64,000 nucleotides of DNA, taken from assembly GCA_963733295.1 (NCBI GenBank), contig CAVTCS010000003.1, positions 2,592,001 through 2,656,000 of the forward strand. The letters are read 5' to 3'. The notes beneath the pieces were generated by a model that had not been told where the DNA came from, searched no databases, and saw only the letters and a list, made by a program, of their open reading frames with translations. Source of the stretch: Vulcanimicrobiota bacterium. GTDB lineage: Bacteria; Vulcanimicrobiota; Vulcanimicrobiia; Vulcanimicrobiales; Vulcanimicrobiaceae. Both the position numbers and the translations under genes were made by a program. Positions within the stretch are counted from its first letter, which is position 1. Every line of letters begins with the position of its first letter. Shown here in pieces: positions 58,239 to 64,000 of this stretch.

Positions 58239-59657
58239 ATGACAGCCGGGCTCTTTCTGGGCGCCCTCGCGCTCGTCTTGGTGGGATTCGTCCGGCCGCG
58301 CAGCGCGCCGGAAGCACCGCCGGCGCCCGCGCAAGTGACGTCCTCCTCACTCTCGGTCGCACTGCTGTGCGCGCTCGTCGCGGCGCTCTTTCTCGTGCAG
58401 CTGCGCGCGATCGAAATCGCGGCGACGACGCAAGTGCCGTTTCCGCGAGCGTACGCGAACCTGCCGGTCGTACCGATCGACGAGTCGCCGCCCGTCTACA
58501 GCCACACGCCGCCCTGGGTCGGCAACACGATTTTCGCCTTGACGGTGGCCGAAACGGCAGCGCTCTTCGCGCTCTATCGTGCGCTGCGAGGGCGGCGCAT
58601 CACGCGCGCCGCCGGTATCTCGATCTGCACCGCTTGCGCGGTCATGCTCGCCGGTGCATTACGAACGCCGGCGACGACGAGTCAGGATCTCTACCTCTAC
58701 GTCGGCTTCGCGCATCTCGGAGCAGCCGCGTACGCGCCGCCCGCGACACCCTTCGAGGGCGAATTCGCAGCCGTTAACCGGCTGTGGGGCATCCCGATGC
58801 TTTCGGCGGCTTACGGACCGGTTTGGATCGCCTTTTCGCGGCTGAGTCTGGGCGCGGGCCCTTCGCTTGCGGCACAAGTCGAAGCGTTTCGCATCGCCGG
58901 CGCGATCGCGTTCTGCGCGAGCGCGAGCCTGGTCTTTCTGCTCCGGCGCGATTTCTCGGCAGCCGCGCTCTTCGCGCTCAATCCCGCTTTGCTCGAACAA
59001 TACGTCGCCGACGGTCACAACGACGTCTTTTGCCTCGCGCTGACGCTAGCCGCATTCCTTGCCGTGCGCCGCAACACCGCGGTCGCGATCGTCCTGGTGG
59101 CCGCGGCCGGCGCCGCCAAGCTGCCTTTCGCGCTCATCGGTTCGCTGGCGTTCGCGACCCTCGCGCGGCGCAGGCAACGTATCGTCGCGACGGTCATCGC
59201 GATCGTGCTGGCGGCCGGCGCCACCGAGCTGTTCAGCGGCGGACGGTATGCCGCGTCTACGGCGTCTGTCTTGCAGACGTACGTCTTCGGCGACCGGTTC
59301 GCCGCGGCGACGCGGCTCGCCGTGGCCGCCGTAGCGCTCGGAGCTGCGGCGGCGGCGCTCGTTGCGCGCCGCTTCAACCGCGGTGCCAGCTGGTCGTTCC
59401 TCGCCTTCGGGAGCGAGCTGTTTCCGTGGTACGTCGCCTGGGGCGTCCCGTATGCGCTCCTCGAAGGCTCGTGGCTCTGCGCGTACCTGTTGAGCTTGCC
59501 GCTCGTCGCTTTCAACCTCACGACGGTGTACGCGCCCACCGGTTGGACGCGCGCGGCTTACGGAATTCTGCTGCTCGCTCCGCTGCTGCCGCTGTTCGCG
59601 GGTGGTTTCCCCGGACGCGAGGCACGCAACGCGCCGCGCCGAACCCCCGGGCTCTGA
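58239..59657 (+). CDS. MptA/MptB-like GT-C glycosyltransferase (paralog of 53039-54433)
   Basis: VPIDESPP, SQDLYLY, YGPVW, ALNP, GHND, KLPFA, GASWSF, FPWY. Confidence 0.78.
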   Translation: MTAGLFLGALALVLVGFVRPRSAPEAPPAPAQVTSSSLSVALLCALVAALFLVQLRAIEIAATTQVPFPRAYANLPVVPIDESPPVYSHTPPWVGNTIFALTVAETAALFALYRALRGRRITRAAGISICTACAVMLAGALRTPATTSQDLYLYVGFAHLGAAAYAPPATPFEGEFAAVNRLWGIPMLSAAYGPVWIAFSRLSLGAGPSLAAQVEAFRIAGAIAFCASASLVFLLRRDFSAAALFALNPALLEQYVADGHNDVFCLALTLAAFLAVRRNTAVAIVLVAAAGAAKLPFALIGSLAFATLARRRQRIVATVIAIVLAAGATELFSGGRYAASTASVLQTYVFGDRFAAATRLAVAAVALGAAAAALVARRFNRGASWSFLAFGSELFPWYVAWGVPYALLEGSWLCAYLLSLPLVAFNLTTVYAPTGWTRAAYGILLLAPLLPLFAGGFPGREARNAPRRTPGL

Positions 59658-61171
59658 TGTCCGAGCGCCACTTCTACGTAACCACGCCCATCTATTACGT
59701 CAGCGGAAACCCTCACGTCGGACACGCCTACACCTCGATCGCCGCAGACGTCTTGGCGCGCTATCACCGTACCTGCGGTAAGACGTTCTTTCTCACCGGC
59801 ACCGACGAGCACGGGCAGAAGGTAGCCAATGCGGCGCAGCAGGCCGGAATGAGCCCGCAGGCCTGGACCGATCGGCTCGTCGGGAAGTGGCAAGAGCTGT
59901 GCGCTCGCTACGACGTCGTTTACGATGACTTCATCCGGACGAGCGAACCGCGCCACGTCGCGCAGTGCATCGAAGTTTTCGAACGTCTCAAAGCCAAGGG
60001 TGACGTGTACCTCGGAAAATATGAGGGCTGGTACTGCACCAACGACGAGACGTTCTGGCTCGAATCGAAACTCGTCGACGGCCGCTGCCCGAATCCCGAG
60101 TGCGGCCGTGAGGTGCAGTGGCTTTCCGAGGACAACTGGTTCTTCGCGCTGGCTAAATATCGCGACCGGTTGCTCGCGCACTATCGAGAAAATCCGCAGT
60201 GGGTGCGCCCCGAGCGCTCGTACAACGAGATGCTCGCGACGATCGAGGGTGGGCTCGACGACCTCTGCATCTCGCGCGTCAATCTCGAATGGGGCGTCCC
60301 GTTGCCCGGGGGCGGCGTGATGTACGTCTGGCTCGACGCGCTGCTCAACTACATCACCGCGCTCGGTTGGAGCGACGATTCAGAACTCTTTGTGACGTTT
60401 TGGCCCGCCGACGTTCAGCTCGTCGGCAAAGAGATCGCGCGCTTCCACACGATCATCTGGCCCGCCGTCTTGTGGTCGTTGGGCCTGCCGGCCCCGCGCA
60501 CCGTGTTCGCGCACGGCTGGATCACGATCGAAGGTGAGAAGATGAGCAAGAGCCTCGGCAACGTGGTCGATCCGTTCGCGCTGGTCGACCGTTTCGGTGC
60601 CGATGCGGTCCGGTATTTCTTGCTGCGCGAGGCGCCCTTCGGCAGCGACTTCTCGTTCAGCGAAGCCAAGGTTTTGCAACGCCGCCAGAGCGATCTCGGC
60701 AACGATCTCGGTAACTTACTGAACCGTTCCCTCGCGATGCTCGCGCGCTATCGTGAGGGGAGCGTGCCGCCGCGCGGAGAGGGCACGTTCGGGACGCGCT
60801 TCGAGGGGCTTGGCGAGAGGGCCGGAACGCAAATTTCGGCACTCGATTTTCGCGGTGCGCTCGACTCGATCTGGGAACTCGTCGCCGCGCTCAACCGTAC
60901 GATCGACGAACGCAAACCGTGGGAGCTGCACAAGCGCGGCGCAAACGCGGAGCTCGACGGGGTTCTCTACGACGCATGCGAGGGACTCCGCTGGCTCTCG
61001 CACTTACTCTTTCCGTTCATGCCGGAGAGCGCATCCGCGATCTCGCGCCAACTCGGTGGGGTCGGCCCTCCCTCAGGTTCGTGGGAGCAGCAGCTCGTGT
61101 GGGGGAGACTCGAGCCCGGCACGGCCACAAGACCCGAAGCGGCGCAGCTCTTTCCGCGCTTCGAAGAATGA
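59657..61171 (+). CDS. metG: Methionyl-tRNA synthetase (short form, no C-terminal dimerisation domain)
   Basis: TTPIYY, HVGH, GTDEHGQK, YVWLDAL, KMSKS; ends LFPRFEE. Confidence 0.97.
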   Translation: MSERHFYVTTPIYYVSGNPHVGHAYTSIAADVLARYHRTCGKTFFLTGTDEHGQKVANAAQQAGMSPQAWTDRLVGKWQELCARYDVVYDDFIRTSEPRHVAQCIEVFERLKAKGDVYLGKYEGWYCTNDETFWLESKLVDGRCPNPECGREVQWLSEDNWFFALAKYRDRLLAHYRENPQWVRPERSYNEMLATIEGGLDDLCISRVNLEWGVPLPGGGVMYVWLDALLNYITALGWSDDSELFVTFWPADVQLVGKEIARFHTIIWPAVLWSLGLPAPRTVFAHGWITIEGEKMSKSLGNVVDPFALVDRFGADAVRYFLLREAPFGSDFSFSEAKVLQRRQSDLGNDLGNLLNRSLAMLARYREGSVPPRGEGTFGTRFEGLGERAGTQISALDFRGALDSIWELVAALNRTIDERKPWELHKRGANAELDGVLYDACEGLRWLSHLLFPFMPESASAISRQLGGVGPPSGSWEQQLVWGRLEPGTATRPEAAQLFPRFEE

Positions 61172-61177
61172 GCGCGC

Positions 61178-62155
61178 TTAAGGTGAGGCCGTCGCGGGCG
61201 CGTCGCTCGCGTACAGTCCCGGGAAGTAAGCCCGTAACGCCTTGCCCAGATTGGCCGGCGGCGAATATCCCGGCGGCGGCGGGGGTAGCTGTGTGCGACG
61301 CAGCTTCCCGATCTCGGGATTCGCGAACGGGTCTTCCGAAGGCAAGAAACGGATCGGCCACGGGACCCCGCCGCTCTCGTACGTGCCGTCGGCATACGTG
61401 AATTCGTACGAGACGTAGTAGTAGTCGTAACCCCCGTTGTGCCAACCTCTGATCGGAAAGTAGTACCCTTCGCCGTTGCGCATCGGCCCGAGCGCGCCCA
61501 GCATCTGCACGCGATACCGTTTGAACGACGCCGCCGGTGGCTGATTCGGCACGCGCAGCGGATCGTTGGCGCTGCGCGCTTGCGCGATCGTCCGCGAGAG
61601 GTCGCGATTGATCTGCGCGAGTTGCTGCTCGCTGAATTGCGCCGAGTGCGACGAACGCTGCGGCAGGCTGCGCGGCGCCTGATCCGCGCGAGCGACGACT
61701 TTCTCCGGTGAAGGCGTGCGGGGCGGTGCGCTTGGCTCGTCGGTGACCTTGCGTTCGCGAATCGTCTTGGGCGGGTTGGGCAACGCACTGGGAGCCTGTT
61801 TTGCCAACTCGTGCAGCTCGCGCGAGGGCGGCACCACGGCGACCGGCTGGTGCAGGGGATGCGGTATCAATTCCTGACGGGGAATGCTCTGCGGCTGCGG
61901 CGGCCGCGGCACCGCCTTGGGCCGAACGACCGGAACCGGCACGGCCTTCTTCGCCATGCGCGGCGCGCTCGAGATGGTAACGATCTCGTCCTTGTCTTTG
62001 GTTTCGGGTTTGATGTGCGGCGCCGGGAAGATTTTCGTGGCGACGCCGATGACCCAAAACGCGAGCAGAAAGAAGATGACGTGCAGCACGAGCGACGCGA
62101 TGACCGTTACGCGCAGAATGCGCTGGCCGCGCCACTCGTACGTGGTCGTGATCAT
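61178..62155 (-). CDS. TonB/TolA-like membrane-anchored Pro-rich protein with unrecognised C-terminal domain
   Basis: Single N-terminal TM with SLVLH (SxxxH), long Pro/Lys/Gln linker, Tyr-rich C-domain. Confidence 0.6.
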   Translation of the reverse strand: MITTTYEWRGQRILRVTVIASLVLHVIFFLLAFWVIGVATKIFPAPHIKPETKDKDEIVTISSAPRMAKKAVPVPVVRPKAVPRPPQPQSIPRQELIPHPLHQPVAVVPPSRELHELAKQAPSALPNPPKTIRERKVTDEPSAPPRTPSPEKVVARADQAPRSLPQRSSHSAQFSEQQLAQINRDLSRTIAQARSANDPLRVPNQPPAASFKRYRVQMLGALGPMRNGEGYYFPIRGWHNGGYDYYYVSYEFTYADGTYESGGVPWPIRFLPSEDPFANPEIGKLRRTQLPPPPPGYSPPANLGKALRAYFPGLYASDAPATASP

Positions 62156-62172
62156 GCTACCATCCTGGGGTT

Positions 62173-62943
62173 ATGTTCGACACGCACGCCCACATTCACG
62201 ATCCTGCGTTCGACGCGGACCGCAGCCTCGTGCTCGCCCGAGCCCGGGACGCCGGCGTTCGGCGCATCCTGACCGTCGGCACCGACCTCGCCGACAGCCG
62301 GCGCGCGATCGAAACCGCGCTCGCGTACGACCTCGACTTTTCGCTGGGAATCCACCCGCACGAGGCGCACGGCGCGCCGGGCGACGTTGCGGCCGCCTTC
62401 GACGAATTGGTCGCACATGCCGGACGCCCGCCGGCCGCGCTCGGCGAGATGGGCCTCGACTACTACTACGACCATAGTCCCAGGGAAGAACAACGCCGCA
62501 TCCTCGTCGCGCAACTTCGCTACGCCCGCGAGCACCCGCTGCCGCTCATCTTTCATCAGCGCGACGCTTTCGAAGATTTCGTGGGCGTGCTGCGCAGCGA
62601 GTGCGCCGCGCCGATTCTGGGCGTCGTCCATTGCTTCACCGGCGACGCCGCACAAGCCCGGTTGCTCGTCGACGAATTCGGGCTGCGTCTGGGAATCGGG
62701 GGCGTGCTCACGTTTAAGAACGCGCAAACGCTCCGCGACGCGGTGCGCGAAGTCGGCCTCGCGCACCTGATCCTCGAAACCGACGCTCCCTACCTCGCCC
62801 CCGTGCCGTATCGCGGAAAGCGCAACGAACCGGCCTTCGTTGCCGCTACGGCGAGCGCCCTAGCCGAGCTTCTGAGCCTCGCCCCGGAGGCGGTCGACGA
62901 ACGAACCAGCGCCACTGCCGCCGCGCTCTTCGGAGCCCGCTAA
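62173..62943 (+). CDS. tatD: TatD family DNase
   Basis: DTHAH, GIHPH, GEMGLDY, HCF, ETDAPYLAP and RNEP motifs. Confidence 0.95.
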   Translation: MFDTHAHIHDPAFDADRSLVLARARDAGVRRILTVGTDLADSRRAIETALAYDLDFSLGIHPHEAHGAPGDVAAAFDELVAHAGRPPAALGEMGLDYYYDHSPREEQRRILVAQLRYAREHPLPLIFHQRDAFEDFVGVLRSECAAPILGVVHCFTGDAAQARLLVDEFGLRLGIGGVLTFKNAQTLRDAVREVGLAHLILETDAPYLAPVPYRGKRNEPAFVAATASALAELLSLAPEAVDERTSATAAALFGAR

Positions 62944-63795
62944 GGCGGCCGGCGCCACGCGCCAGCTCGCCTCGAAGTGCCGGGTCAGCGCCGCGAGGAT
63001 CGCCGCGCTCCGAGTGCGCCGGCCCCAGTCGATCGTATGCGGCTCGCCCCCAGTCGCGTTGGCGGAACCGAGCCACGCGCCGTCCGCGGTGACGCAAAAC
63101 TTCTCGTCGCTAAACGAAGCGCGCACTTCCACACCGGCTTCGACGAGCGCGCGCAAAGCGGCGCGTTCGTGTCGTCCTCCAGCACCGCGCACCTCGTGCG
63201 CCGCAACGAGCAGGCGCACGTGCCGGCCACGCCGAGCCGCCCCGAGCAGCGCCCGGAAGACCGGCGATGACGAAAACGATTCGCTCTCGCAGTCGACGCG
63301 ATCGCCGCGCGCCGTGCGGATCAAGCGCGCTTCGCACGCCAGCGCGCGATCTTTGCGCAAAGCGAGCGCCGAGGCGTGCGTCGCGCGGCCGGCGATCGCG
63401 GCGCGCGCGGCGGCGACGTCGCGCTGCGCAGTCGTCCGTACGATCGTATCGTTGCCGCCGGTCCAATTTCGATCGTCCAAAAAGAGCGCTGCGTCGACGG
63501 TCGCCGCTTTCAGATGAAGCGGCGCGCCGGGCGCGTGCGAGAGCCGCACCCGCACCCCGCACGCGCGCAAGGCTTTGGCGGCGGCTTCGTTCTGCGCTCG
63601 TAACGCGGCGGCGCGGGTCGCGTCGCGCGCGTAGGGTCCGGCTTCGAGGCTGACGCTCACCGCGGCGCCCCGCCGGGCGGCCGCTCCGAGCGCATCGATC
63701 AACCGGCCGCTCGCGAGCGTGTACGCGGCGAGATCGACGCGTCGCGCCGTGGCCAGCGCACCAAGGAGCGCACTCCGCGAGCTCAGTTCGAGCAA
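62860..63795 (-). CDS. Phospholipase D-superfamily protein (two domains, second HKD degenerate)
   Basis: AY.L, HLKAATVD...DDRNW; second domain DEKFCV.AD...GSAN. Start uncertain; 3' end overlaps tatD. Confidence 0.72.
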   Translation of the reverse strand: MLELSSRSALLGALATARRVDLAAYTLASGRLIDALGAAARRGAAVSVSLEAGPYARDATRAAALRAQNEAAAKALRACGVRVRLSHAPGAPLHLKAATVDAALFLDDRNWTGGNDTIVRTTAQRDVAAARAAIAGRATHASALALRKDRALACEARLIRTARGDRVDCESESFSSSPVFRALLGAARRGRHVRLLVAAHEVRGAGGRHERAALRALVEAGVEVRASFSDEKFCVTADGAWLGSANATGGEPHTIDWGRRTRSAAILAALTRHFEASWRVAPAALAGSEERGGSGAGSFVDRLRGEAQKLG

Positions 63796-63799
63796 TGCG

Positions 63800-64000
63800 T
63801 CAGGCTAACGGAAGCGCGAGCTGTTCCACCGCGCCGGCGACGCCGAGCGCACGCTCGAGCCAGCCGGTCCCGGCGCTGGCAAGGCGCTCGAGCGCCGCGT
63901 GACCGGCCGGCGAGGCGACGAACCCCGCCAAGGCTGCGGCGAGCGTGGCGCTGCCGGCCGGCGAACCGCCGGCCCCGGAGTTTGCGGGCGGCAGGGCGAT
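63800..64000 (-). CDS. Ala-rich hypothetical protein, 3' end only
   Basis: Open frame from the window edge to TGA 63800-63802, a few nt upstream of the PLD gene. Confidence 0.4.
   Translation of the reverse strand: MALPPANSGAGGSPAGSATLAAALAGFVASPAGHAALERLASAGTGWLERALGVAGAVEQLALPLA

Overview
High-GC bacterial chromosomal window with no rRNA, tRNA, CRISPR array, integrase or IS detected. The gene style (NHL-repeat lipoproteins, AfsR-like BTAD regulators, many GT-C glycosyltransferases, a secretin alongside a Firmicutes-like rsmI-metG-tatD order) suggests a diderm Terrabacteria soil lineage such as Ca. Eremiobacterota. That placement is inference only. Main observations: (1) a translationally coupled heavy-metal operon on the minus strand (CmtR-like ArsR, MerT-like transporter, a predicted UxxC thioredoxin-fold selenolipoprotein, DUF2703-like thioredoxin). 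The ORF track splits the selenoprotein in two at an in-frame TGA (18609-18611), which is followed by a SECIS-like hairpin. (2) A GntR-regulated B12-dependent 2-hydroxyisobutyryl-CoA mutase operon (hcmA-meaH-hcmB-hcl) carrying the diagnostic Ile/Asp residues. (3) A Tad/Flp pilus locus with a TadZ-TadA fusion, two prepilin peptidases, a major Flp pilin missed by the ORF track and a divergent secretin, surrounded by seven GT-C-type membrane proteins, six of which form three paralogous pairs. (4) A candidate 6S-like ncRNA, a second structured intergenic element, two adjacent +1-frameshifted genes, a secreted YYRPG-repeat protein and a TonB-like protein with an unrecognised C-terminal domain. The rest is ABC transport, secreted hydrolases, sugar-acid catabolism and housekeeping genes. 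All family assignments come from motif recognition by eye; no database searches were run.
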